A DNA stretch of 60,267 nt from Candidatus Dormiibacterota bacterium (lineage in GTDB: Bacteria > Chloroflexota > Dormibacteria > Aeolococcales > Aeolococcaceae): contig PKXZ01000015.1 in NCBI GenBank assembly GCA_003132525.1, positions 50,204-110,470 on the forward strand, in the 5' to 3' direction. Under the pieces are notes generated by a model, which was not told the origin of the DNA, did no database searches, and worked only from the letters and a program-made list of their open reading frames with translations. The position numbers and the translations under genes were made by a program. Every line of letters begins with the position of its first letter. Within the stretch, counting starts at the first letter, position 1. Positions 20,205-28,467 of the stretch are shown piece by piece.

Positions 20205-23200
20205 TGCGGTTCCTCCAGGACGGCTGTCCGGTGTACACGGCCACGGACCTGTGCGACTACCTCGCGTGCGGGCACCTCGTGGCGTTGAAGCGACGCGTCG
20301 CGGCCGGCGAATCGATACCCAGCGATCGGTCCGCGCTGAGCGAGGTGCTGGCGAACCTCGGCGCCGGGCACGAGCAGCGACATCTCGACGCGCTTCGCGC
20401 GAGAGGCCTGCGCGTCAAGGCGTTCGACGACGAGCGCGACCGATACGCGAGCTCCGCCGACGAATTGCGTGCGCTCGAGGCCGAGACCGTTGCGGCGATG
20501 GGCGAGGGGTATGACGTCATCTATCAGCCGACGTTCTTCGACGGCCGCTGGATGGGACGTGCCGACTTCCTCCTCAAGGTGCGGGCACCAAGTGCTCGCG
20601 GGGCGTGGAGCTACGAGGCGGCGGACGCGAAACTTGCCCGGCGCGTCCGTTCCGAAGCGGTCCTCCAGCTGTGCGAATACTCCGCGCACCTCGAGCGTCT
20701 GCAGGGCTCCGCACCCGTGCTGATGCAGGTGGTGCTCGGTGACGGCACGGAGCATGCGTATCGGGTCGATGAGTTCTCCGCGTATCACGCAACCGTGAAA
20801 AGCGATTTCGAGTCCGGAATGCTCGTGGAGGCTGACACCTACCCCGACCCCGTTGATCACTGCAACACCTGCGGATTCGCCGCCCGCTGCGCCGCGCAAC
20901 GCAAGCGCGACGATCACCTGTCCCAGGTCGCACGCATGCGCTCTGGTCAGGTGCTCGCCCTGCAGAGTGTCGGGATCAACACCATGACCGGGCTCGCAGT
21001 CTCGTCCGCTGACGCTGAGCCGCCCGGGCGCATGATCCTCGCGACATTCCGCGAGCTGCGCGCCCAGGCGTCGCTGCAGCACAGGGGCCCGAAGCCCGAT
21101 GGCGTTCCGCGACACGAGCTGCTTGATGCCTGGGAGGTGGGGCATGGTTTGCGCGCGCTGCCAAGTCCCTCCCCCGGCGACATCTTCTTCGACATGGAGG
21201 GCGATGGTCTCGCGCGCGATGTCCCGCTCGAGTATCTCTTCGGTGCGGTCGACATGCACGGCGAGTACCGAGCCTGGTGGGGTCACGATGACGCTGGAGA
21301 ACGCAGCGCGTTCGAGGGATTTGTCGACTACGCGATGGCGCAGCTCGAGCGATATCCCGACATGCACATCTACCACTACGCGGCGTACGAAAAGACGGCG
21401 CTGCGACGGCTGATGAGCCGCCATGGCACTCGTGAGGAGGCGGTCGACCACCTGCTCCGCAACGAGGTACTGGTCGACCTCTATCGCGTTGTCCGGCAGG
21501 GAATCCGCTTGTCCACCGACTCGTACTCGCTCAAGAAGGTCGAGCGCCTGTACATGCCCGCCCGCGAGGAGTCGATCGCCGACGCCGCCGGCAGCATGGT
21601 CATGTACGAGCGCTGGCTGACGAGCCGCGAGCATGGGAGCGAGGGTGACGCCACGCTGCTCGATGAGATCGCCATGTACAACGAGCGCGACTGCGTCTCC
21701 ACCGTCCAGCTGCGCGACTGGCTCGAGGCGCGCCGGGTGGAGGAGGAGGCACTTCGCGGTGCGCCCATCGAGCGTCCACCGGTCATCGAACGCGAAGCGA
21801 AGGGTGCTCTCCAGGCGAAGATCGCCACCACGCAGGAGGTCGCGTCCGCGCTCGTCGAGGATGTCCCGGCGGACACCGATGTGCAGACCGGCGAAGAACA
21901 CGCGCGGTGGTTGCTCGCGCCGCTGCTGTCGTATCACCGGCGTGAGAACAAGGTGAACTGGTGGCGCCACTTCGACCAGATCGCCATGAGCCCGGAAGAG
22001 CTTGAGCGCGACACGTACGCGCTCGGCCCGCTCGAGATGATCGGCTCACACGAAGATGGCAGCCGGATCATCGAGCGATACGGGTTCGAACCGCAGGAGC
22101 ACCGCATCGGCCTGGGCGATAAACCGCTCGATCCCGAGGCCGACGTGCGCTGGGCGCCCGTTGTGGGTGAGGTGGCCGCGCTCGACTCGGCGCGCGGCGA
22201 GATCACGCTGTCGCGAACACCGCGGCAGGCCGAGCGCGGGGCCGTTCGTTTCTTGATCCCATCGGCACCCCTGCAGACGGATGCGCAGGAGGAATCGCTG
22301 CTCGACCTCGGCCGCTGGGTCGCCGCGAACGGTCCGGATGCACCAGGGTCCAATCGCGCCGGTCGCGACCTGCTGATGCGCTTGCCGCCGCGCCTGAACG
22401 GGGGTGCCGACTGCGTCTTTCGTGGGCTCGGGGAGACCGCTTCACGGGCGGCGATCCGGTTGATCCTCAGCCTCGACGGCGGCTGCCTGCCGGTGCAGGG
22501 CCCACCCGGCGCGGGCAAGACTCATATGGCCGCACTTGCGGCCCTGACGCTCATCAAGCACCGGCGCGGGCCGATCGGCGTGACGGCCGTCACCCACAAC
22601 GCGATTCGCACGTTGCTCGCGAAGATCGAGGCACTCGCGCCATCACTCGGCGTGAGCGTACGCATGCAGCATCGCAAGGGCGACGGAACCAGTACGCCCG
22701 CCATCCAGATCGCGCGCAGCAATGAAGCGGTGGAGGTCGCCGTCGCGGATGGAAGCGTCGATGTCGTTGGCGCGACATCGTGGCTGTTCTCCCGGCCGGA
22801 ATTTGCGGGCTCGTTCGACACGCTGATCGTCGACGAAGCCGGCCAGATGTCGCTCGCCGACGCGCTGGCGGTATCGCGGTCGGCGGACAACCTCGTCTTC
22901 GTCGGCGATCCCCGGCAACTTGCCCAGCCACTCCAAGGCAGCCACCCGTCCGGGGTCGGTGTCTCGGCGCTCGAGCACCTGCTCGACGGCGATGTGACCA
23001 TCGCGCCGGAGCGCGGTGTGCTCCTCGACCTCACGTGGCGGATGCATCCCGATGTGACGAGCTTCGTCTCACGCTCCTTCTACGAGGGACGGCTGGGCTC
23101 GGAGGCCCGGTGTGCGACACAGGCGGTGGTCGTCGACGGCATCGACACGACGGGCTTGCGCGCTTCGTTTGTCGAACATCTCGGCGACCGGGTGCGTTCC

Positions 23201-23668
23201 GATGCCGAGGCCGAGCGAGTGCGCGAGGTGATTGCTCACCTCACCAATGCCACCTGGCGAGATGACGCGGGACGCGAGCGTCTGATGACGCTCGATGACA
23301 TCGTGGTCGTCGCACCGTACAACGCCCAGGTTGCATGTCTTGTCGAGGCGCTCCCCGCTGGTGCGAGAGTGGGCACCGTCGACCGGTTTCAGGGGCAGGA
23401 GGCGGCGGTCAGCATCTTCTCGATGGCCACCTCGAGTGTCGAGGACCTGCCCCGCAACCTCGAATTCCTCTTTAGCCTCAACCGCCTCAATGTCGCCGTG
23501 TCGAGAGCTCGGGGCCTGTCCATTCTGGTCTGCTCACCGGCCCTCCTTCGAGCCCGCTGCCATTCGCCGGAGCAGATGCGACTTGTCAATGCGCTCTGTC
23601 GCTTCGTTGAGATGGCAGACCCATGGGTCGTGGCGCCGATCGACGCGGTTATGCTGCTGCCGTTATGA
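20204..23668 (+). CDS. Triple-domain DNA-processing enzyme: TM0106-type RecB-like PD-(D/E)xK nuclease with a Cas4/AddB-like Cys cluster, an RNase-H-fold (DEDD-like) exonuclease domain, and a Upf1/DNA2-like SF1B helicase
   Basis: Nuclease: GRADFLL and EAADAKL, plus C22 with C220-x2-C-x5-C229. Exonuclease: FFDMEGD, HIYHYAAYEKTAL and MYNERDC. Helicase: GPPGAGKTH, LIVDEAGQ, VGDPRQL, VVAPYNAQ, VDRFQGQE and LNVAVSRAR. Confidence 0.8.
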   Translation: MRFLQDGCPVYTATDLCDYLACGHLVALKRRVAAGESIPSDRSALSEVLANLGAGHEQRHLDALRARGLRVKAFDDERDRYASSADELRALEAETVAAMGEGYDVIYQPTFFDGRWMGRADFLLKVRAPSARGAWSYEAADAKLARRVRSEAVLQLCEYSAHLERLQGSAPVLMQVVLGDGTEHAYRVDEFSAYHATVKSDFESGMLVEADTYPDPVDHCNTCGFAARCAAQRKRDDHLSQVARMRSGQVLALQSVGINTMTGLAVSSADAEPPGRMILATFRELRAQASLQHRGPKPDGVPRHELLDAWEVGHGLRALPSPSPGDIFFDMEGDGLARDVPLEYLFGAVDMHGEYRAWWGHDDAGERSAFEGFVDYAMAQLERYPDMHIYHYAAYEKTALRRLMSRHGTREEAVDHLLRNEVLVDLYRVVRQGIRLSTDSYSLKKVERLYMPAREESIADAAGSMVMYERWLTSREHGSEGDATLLDEIAMYNERDCVSTVQLRDWLEARRVEEEALRGAPIERPPVIEREAKGALQAKIATTQEVASALVEDVPADTDVQTGEEHARWLLAPLLSYHRRENKVNWWRHFDQIAMSPEELERDTYALGPLEMIGSHEDGSRIIERYGFEPQEHRIGLGDKPLDPEADVRWAPVVGEVAALDSARGEITLSRTPRQAERGAVRFLIPSAPLQTDAQEESLLDLGRWVAANGPDAPGSNRAGRDLLMRLPPRLNGGADCVFRGLGETASRAAIRLILSLDGGCLPVQGPPGAGKTHMAALAALTLIKHRRGPIGVTAVTHNAIRTLLAKIEALAPSLGVSVRMQHRKGDGTSTPAIQIARSNEAVEVAVADGSVDVVGATSWLFSRPEFAGSFDTLIVDEAGQMSLADALAVSRSADNLVFVGDPRQLAQPLQGSHPSGVGVSALEHLLDGDVTIAPERGVLLDLTWRMHPDVTSFVSRSFYEGRLGSEARCATQAVVVDGIDTTGLRASFVEHLGDRVRSDAEAERVREVIAHLTNATWRDDAGRERLMTLDDIVVVAPYNAQVACLVEALPAGARVGTVDRFQGQEAAVSIFSMATSSVEDLPRNLEFLFSLNRLNVAVSRARGLSILVCSPALLRARCHSPEQMRLVNALCRFVEMADPWVVAPIDAVMLLPL

Positions 23669-24378
23669 CCAGCGATTCACTCAACGACCGCCTCGTCCAG
23701 TCGCTCCTCGCCGCCCGCGACAAGGAGGCCGCGCTGCTCGCACTCGTTGACGACGCGCCGTCCGTGGAAGCTGATGTCTGGACTGCGAAGGACAGCGTCG
23801 CGCACCTCAACGCCTGGCGCGAGCACGCCGCCCGCACGCTGGTTGCGGCGCGACTCGGGACGCCTTTCGAGGGCCCGGCCGTCGATACCGACGTCGACGC
23901 GAGCAATGCGGTGATTTACGAGGCCCACCGGGGTGATTCGGCGGCTGCGGTTCGCGAGGCGTACGGCACGAGTTACTCGGGACTCATCGACGCGATCAAC
24001 GCGTGTTCGGTGGAGGATCTCCTTCGCGAGCGTCCCGACAACGGCGGGGCCGTGTGGCTCGTCGTGCCGGGCAACGGCCATGGGCACACGTCACAGCACC
24101 TCACGTACTGGGCATTCGATCACGGTGACGCGGGTGGAGCAGAGGAGGCCGCGAAGTGGAGCTACGGGGTCGATTCGACGCTGCTCCCCGAGAACAAGCC
24201 CGTCGCCGACTACAACTTCGCTTGCTTCTATGCGCGCACCCGCAATGTCGAGAAGGCCTTGCCGCTTCTCGGCGCCGCACTGCGCGCACGTCCGGACCTC
24301 CGCGCATTCGCCCTTGAGGACGCAGACCTCGAACCGATCCGCGACGATCCTCGCGTCGAGAGTCTGCTCGGCGCCTGA
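23665..24378 (+). CDS. DinB-like metalloenzyme-fold domain fused to a C-terminal TPR-like domain
   Basis: ATGA start/stop overlap with the helicase gene. His-rich DinB elements SVAHLNAWREH and GHGHTSQH. The C-terminus NFACFYARTRNVEKALPLL...DPRVESLL is TPR-like. Confidence 0.55.
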   Translation: MTSDSLNDRLVQSLLAARDKEAALLALVDDAPSVEADVWTAKDSVAHLNAWREHAARTLVAARLGTPFEGPAVDTDVDASNAVIYEAHRGDSAAAVREAYGTSYSGLIDAINACSVEDLLRERPDNGGAVWLVVPGNGHGHTSQHLTYWAFDHGDAGGAEEAAKWSYGVDSTLLPENKPVADYNFACFYARTRNVEKALPLLGAALRARPDLRAFALEDADLEPIRDDPRVESLLGA

Positions 24379-24386
24379 GCGGCCAG

Positions 24387-24950
24387 TTAGGGTCGGATAG
24401 TCGCGGACAATTGTGCGAGCAGTGTCTGCACTCGGTTGTCGATGTCGTCTCGGATCCGTCGGACCGTCGCGAGGGACTTACCGGCTGGGTCTTCGAGTTC
24501 CCAATCCAGATAGCGCTTGCCGGGATAGAGCGGGCAAGCGTCGCCGCAACCCATCGTGACGACCACATCAGCCGCGATGACCACGTCATCGGTCAGCGGC
24601 TTCGGAAACTCCTGGCTGATATCCAAACCGAGCTCGCTCATCGCCTCGACGACGGCGGGGTTGAGCGTCTCCGCTGGGTCTGACCCAGCCGACCGCACGT
24701 GTACCGCGCCTTTGGCGCGATGATCAAGTAGCGCGGCTGCCATCTGTGACCTGCCCGCGTTGTGAACGCAGACGAAAAGGACTTCGGGGACCGTTGTCAC
24801 AGTTTTTCCCTCCGCTTTGGCTATCGCCTGGAGACGGTCGCGAGTAAATCGCTCGGCAAGCACAACGAGGTATCGGTGGACCGTCGCAGTTGCCACCAAG
24901 CGGTCATACGATTCATACAGACAAGCCGTTACCGTCGCCGGTCCGAACAC
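24387..24950 (-). CDS. arsC: Arsenate reductase / arsenate-mycothiol transferase type ArsC (LMW-PTP fold) with an N-terminal helical domain. The true start may lie upstream, up to 25019.
   Basis: P-loop VLFVCVHNAGRSQMA and the N-terminal LVVLAERFTRDRLQAIA helix-bundle region. Confidence 0.8.
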   Translation of the reverse strand: MFGPATVTACLYESYDRLVATATVHRYLVVLAERFTRDRLQAIAKAEGKTVTTVPEVLFVCVHNAGRSQMAAALLDHRAKGAVHVRSAGSDPAETLNPAVVEAMSELGLDISQEFPKPLTDDVVIAADVVVTMGCGDACPLYPGKRYLDWELEDPAGKSLATVRRIRDDIDNRVQTLLAQLSATIRP

Positions 24951-25068
24951 CCCCTCGAATTCCCGAGTGAGGCTACCGCGGATGGTATCGAGTACGCGTA
25001 GCTCTCCAGGCGTGGCTATCGCGCTACCTCCTGTCCACGGTCACGGTCACGACCACGAGGATTGACGG

Positions 25069-25509
25069 CTAGTCGGCTGCGGAGCAGACCTGAGCCGTTT
25101 CGTTCTGGCCCGCACAACAGCCGCTCGAATCGGTGACCGTGCCGACCGGCGCATCCGCGAGGACGGTGTAAACCTCCCAGCGGGTATCTGCACCCGCGAC
25201 CCAGACCTTGTCTTGCAGAGCGTGGCAACAGGTAACCCCGGCCTCGACCTCGGTCGGGAGCCCCTGTGCTGCGAGGCGCTGGGTGGCTGCGACAACCTCA
25301 CTGCTCGAGAGGACCTCAACACCAAGATGGTTCAGGGTTCCCGCCTCGTCCGGATTCTCGAAGAGGACAAGCTTGAGGGGAGGGTCGGCGACCGCAAAGT
25401 TGGCATAGCCGGGACGTCTTTTGGATGGCTTGGTCTCGAAGAGCTTGGAGTAGAAGTCCACTGCCTCATCAAGGTTGCTCACATTCAAAGCAAGTTGCAC
25501 TCTGCCCAT
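25069..25509 (-). CDS. arsI: ArsI/CadI family glyoxalase-fold metalloenzyme (C-As lyase-like)
   Basis: MGRVQLALNVSNLDEAVDFYSKLF, NHLGVEV, the vicinal Cys pair TCCHALQDKVWV, WEVYTVLAD and a Cys-rich tail. The start was set at the ATG matching the family N-terminus. Confidence 0.75.
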   Translation of the reverse strand: MGRVQLALNVSNLDEAVDFYSKLFETKPSKRRPGYANFAVADPPLKLVLFENPDEAGTLNHLGVEVLSSSEVVAATQRLAAQGLPTEVEAGVTCCHALQDKVWVAGADTRWEVYTVLADAPVGTVTDSSGCCAGQNETAQVCSAAD

Positions 25510-25576
25510 GTCAAAGGCCTTTGCGGGGATAAGGGCAGGTTCCCTCGGATGGTTCGCAGTCCACAACTCATCTCCT

Positions 25577-25635
25577 ATCGATAAACGTCGATTGATCTAG
25601 CGACGAGCATAGGCTGTTCCATCGATGTCTGTCAA
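25577..25635 (-). promoter_or_regulatory. Sigma70-like promoter of arsI-arsC (TTGACA-N18-TATGCT) with a downstream ATCGA-N6-TCGAT palindrome
   Basis: On the minus strand, the -35 TTGACA is at comp(25630..25635) and the -10 TATGCT at comp(25606..25611). The palindrome atcgataaacgtcgat spans 25577..25592, and an extra ATCGAT sits between -35 and -10. Confidence 0.45.
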
Positions 25636-25674
25636 TGGATCGACCCATCCCCTCGTCGGGTCGAGCCGCCGCCG

Positions 25675-26487
25675 TTAGACGCTTGGCGGTGTCACCCGAA
25701 GCTTGTCGATGAACAGACCCTGAAGCGAGTGACCGATAGGGCCGCGCTCGTCATAGAGACGGCTGTGCGCGACGCCGACACCTCGCCGGTCGACGTCGGT
25801 GCTCGCATCGAGGCAGATCCACTCGCCCTCCGGCTGACGATGCAAGTACACAGTGAGGTCGGTGTTGATGAACAGGTACTGTCCCCATGGCAGTGCCGAC
25901 GCGACGCCGTTGCCGAAGTCGGCTGCGGCCATTGCGCGTTGCAAGGGTGTCGTTGTCTGACCCGCGACAACCGGAACGGTGAGGCGCATCCACACCGTTG
26001 CCGGACCCTGCTCCATGAAGGAGCCATGCGCGTAGCGCATCTCGACGCCGGTGCGGTGAAACGCGGGATCGTCACTCTCCGGGGTGTGTGCCACGGAGTC
26101 AGCCGGTCCCGCGAACGGCACCTGCTGCGGCGACTGCTCGCCGATGTCGAGGTCCGCGATGCGCATCCGCCACGCGGTCGCCCTGCAAAGCTCCGTGTTG
26201 CCGTCGGTGAGCGTGGCGGTGAGCATCTGCACGCGCCGGCCGTCGCGCTCGATGCGAGTTGCAACCTCGACTGGTCGAAGGGGCACCGGTCGGAAGATCT
26301 CGACGGTCGTCCGGACGATGGCCATCGGCGCCTCGGTGGGCAGCGCCTCCATCGCACCGGCCATGAGCGCCGCGGGCGGGCCGCCGTGCATCGCGGCGCG
26401 ATCCCACGGTCCGCGCGCGTGATCGCTGGGCACGAAGCCGCGCTTGTTGGGCGTGAAGAGCGCATCGGGCATGGCGGCATGGTGCAC
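25675..26487 (-). CDS. Thioesterase-family protein (double hot-dog, acyl-CoA thioesterase-like)
   Basis: N-terminal region GPWDRAAMHGGPPAALMAGAME, typical of the actinobacterial thioesterase-like family. The start could be the internal M at 26472. Confidence 0.55.
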   Translation of the reverse strand: MHHAAMPDALFTPNKRGFVPSDHARGPWDRAAMHGGPPAALMAGAMEALPTEAPMAIVRTTVEIFRPVPLRPVEVATRIERDGRRVQMLTATLTDGNTELCRATAWRMRIADLDIGEQSPQQVPFAGPADSVAHTPESDDPAFHRTGVEMRYAHGSFMEQGPATVWMRLTVPVVAGQTTTPLQRAMAAADFGNGVASALPWGQYLFINTDLTVYLHRQPEGEWICLDASTDVDRRGVGVAHSRLYDERGPIGHSLQGLFIDKLRVTPPSV

Positions 26488-26579
26488 GAACCGGGGGCGG
26501 CAGCGGAGTGCCGCAGTCGGGCCTCCTGCTACGCTCCATAGAAGTGGCGGTCAGGCGCACGACCATAGCGGCACGGGGC

Positions 26580-27395
26580 ATGCGTTTCGACGCGCTCACC
26601 GCCGGTCCGGCGGGTGGCGAGCTCGTTCTCCTGCTCCACGGCTTCCCGCAGACGGGGAGCTGTTGGCACGACGCGCTCAACGGCCTCGCCGATGCCGGGT
26701 ACCGAGCCGTCGCCCCGAGCCAGCGCGGCTACTCAGCAGGAGCCCGCCCCGAGGGCGTCGGGGCGTACCGGGTCAGCGAACTCTGCGATGACGTTCTCGC
26801 CATGGCCACCACGCTTGGCAGGGATCGGTTCCACCTGGTCGGCCACGACTGGGGCGGCACCGTCGCGTGGGCGCTCGCCGGTGATCATCCCGAGGCGGTG
26901 GCATCGCTCACCGCGGTCTCGACGCCGCACACCGCGGCGCTCCGACAGGCGCTCCGCGGCACGCAGCAGCGCCTGCGGATGGCGTACATCCCGGTGCTGC
27001 GCCTCCCACTCATCCCCGAGTCACTGATCGACGCAGCGGGCGGTGTTGTGGCCGAGTCGCTGCTGACCGCGACGGGTCTCAGCCCGGAGCATGCGCATCG
27101 CGACATCACCGCGCTGCGCGCGCTGGGTCCGACCGGCGCACTGAACTGGTATCGAGCACTCGGCACCGAGCGCGGCCATTCCGCGTCGGTCAGCGTTCCG
27201 GCCCTCCACGTCTGGGGGGACCAGGACCCGGTGTTCACTCGTGAGGCGACCGAGCTTTCGGCAGAACACTGCACCGGCGACTACCACCTCCTCGAGCTCG
27301 AGGGCGGGTCGCACTGGATCCCCGACGAGCATTGGGGCGACGTCGAGGACGTGTTCCTCGAGCATCTCGCGACCAGTCCGGTCGACGCCGGCTGA
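26580..27395 (+). CDS. Alpha/beta hydrolase, epoxide hydrolase / haloalkane dehalogenase class
   Basis: HGFPQTGSCW oxyanion motif and an Asp-nucleophile elbow VGHDWGG. Start set at the ATG at 26580. Confidence 0.7.
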   Translation: MRFDALTAGPAGGELVLLLHGFPQTGSCWHDALNGLADAGYRAVAPSQRGYSAGARPEGVGAYRVSELCDDVLAMATTLGRDRFHLVGHDWGGTVAWALAGDHPEAVASLTAVSTPHTAALRQALRGTQQRLRMAYIPVLRLPLIPESLIDAAGGVVAESLLTATGLSPEHAHRDITALRALGPTGALNWYRALGTERGHSASVSVPALHVWGDQDPVFTREATELSAEHCTGDYHLLELEGGSHWIPDEHWGDVEDVFLEHLATSPVDAG

Positions 27396-27402
27396 GCCGC
27401 GC

Positions 27403-28467
27403 GTGAGCGGCATCGAGGTCACCGGCACCGCTCAGCGACGATCCTGGGACTCCGCCGGGCTGCCCGAGGTCGAATGGGTCCGCCCCGGGCTCTGGTCGAT
27501 CCCCGTTCCGCTGCCGAACAGTCCGCTTCGCTATGTGCTCGTGTACCTGCTCGAGCTGGGGAACGGCGCTGCGGTCATCGACACGGGTTGGAGCACCGAG
27601 GAAGCCTGGACCGCGCTCGTAGCCGGCATGGCGGTGGCCGGGTACAGCCCGGCTGACGTGCAGGCAATTCTCATCACCCATATCCACCCCGACCACTACG
27701 GGCTTGCGGGACGGCTGCGCGAGGCGTCGGGCGCCTGGGTCGCCCTCCATCCCGCCGACGCCGCGCTGATTCCCGCCCGCTACGGCCTCGGCCTCGAGGG
27801 CCTGCTCGCGAGCATGGACGAGCTCCTCATCGAATCCGGCGTGCCTGACGAGATACGCGCCGAGCTCACCGGCGCATCGATGGGGATCCGTGAGTTCGTC
27901 GCCGCGGCCGAGCCCGACGTGCTCCTCGAGGACCGCGCAGCCGTGCCGTTGCCGGGATGGGACCTCGTCTCGCTGCACACGCCGGGGCATTCGCCCGGTC
28001 ACGTTTGCTTCCTCGATCGCACCGGCCGCGTGCTCTTCAGCGGCGACCACGTGCTGCCGCGGATCAGCCCCAGCGTGGCGCTGCACGCACAGCAACCGGC
28101 GAATCCACTTGCGGATTTCCTCGATGCGCTCCGCGGTGTCCGCGACCTCGACGTCGACGAGGTCCTGCCGGCACATGAGTGGCGGTTCCGGGGCCTCGAT
28201 GTCCGCGTGGACCAGTTGCTCGATCACCACCGCCAGCGCCTTGACGAGGCCTATGCGGCGGTCAGCAGCACCCCCGGCCTCACCTGCTGGGAGACGACGC
28301 TCCGGCTGCGCTGGTCGCGGGACTGGTCGCAGATCGTCGGCTTCATGCGCCGCGCCGCGGTGGGCGAGACGCTGGCCCATCTGGTACTCCTCGAGAGCAC
28401 GGGTCGGGTGAGCCGCGAGGGCACGCGTCCGGTCCGCTGGTTCCCGGCGGAAACGTCAGAACACTGA
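27403..28467 (+). CDS. MBL-fold metallo-hydrolase
   Basis: ITHIHPDHYG (HxHxDH) and TPGHSPGH. The in-frame GTG at 27403 follows the upstream stop. Confidence 0.7.
   Translation: MSGIEVTGTAQRRSWDSAGLPEVEWVRPGLWSIPVPLPNSPLRYVLVYLLELGNGAAVIDTGWSTEEAWTALVAGMAVAGYSPADVQAILITHIHPDHYGLAGRLREASGAWVALHPADAALIPARYGLGLEGLLASMDELLIESGVPDEIRAELTGASMGIREFVAAAEPDVLLEDRAAVPLPGWDLVSLHTPGHSPGHVCFLDRTGRVLFSGDHVLPRISPSVALHAQQPANPLADFLDALRGVRDLDVDEVLPAHEWRFRGLDVRVDQLLDHHRQRLDEAYAAVSSTPGLTCWETTLRLRWSRDWSQIVGFMRRAAVGETLAHLVLLESTGRVSREGTRPVRWFPAETSEH

Noticed and set aside
20063-21970. 635-aa minus-strand ORF opposite the nuclease-helicase gene
   Set aside because: Shadow ORF. The plus-strand frame carries the nuclease, exonuclease and helicase motifs.
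25036-25059. Hexamer tandem repeat CACGGT CACGGT CACGAC CACGAG, which would encode a His-rich peptide (VHGHGHDHED) at the end of plus-strand ORF 24817..25065
   Set aside because: It sits in the arsI-arsC intergenic spacer on the strand opposite the operon. The host ORF has no start context or homology, so this is more likely incidental slippage sequence.
25675-27395. The divergent thioesterase and alpha/beta-hydrolase pair as the missing MenI/MenH
   Set aside because: The hydrolase has the HGFP...W and GHDWGG (Asp nucleophile) signatures of epoxide hydrolases and dehalogenases, not the Ser-nucleophile MenH. The pair also lies about 18 kb from the men cluster.
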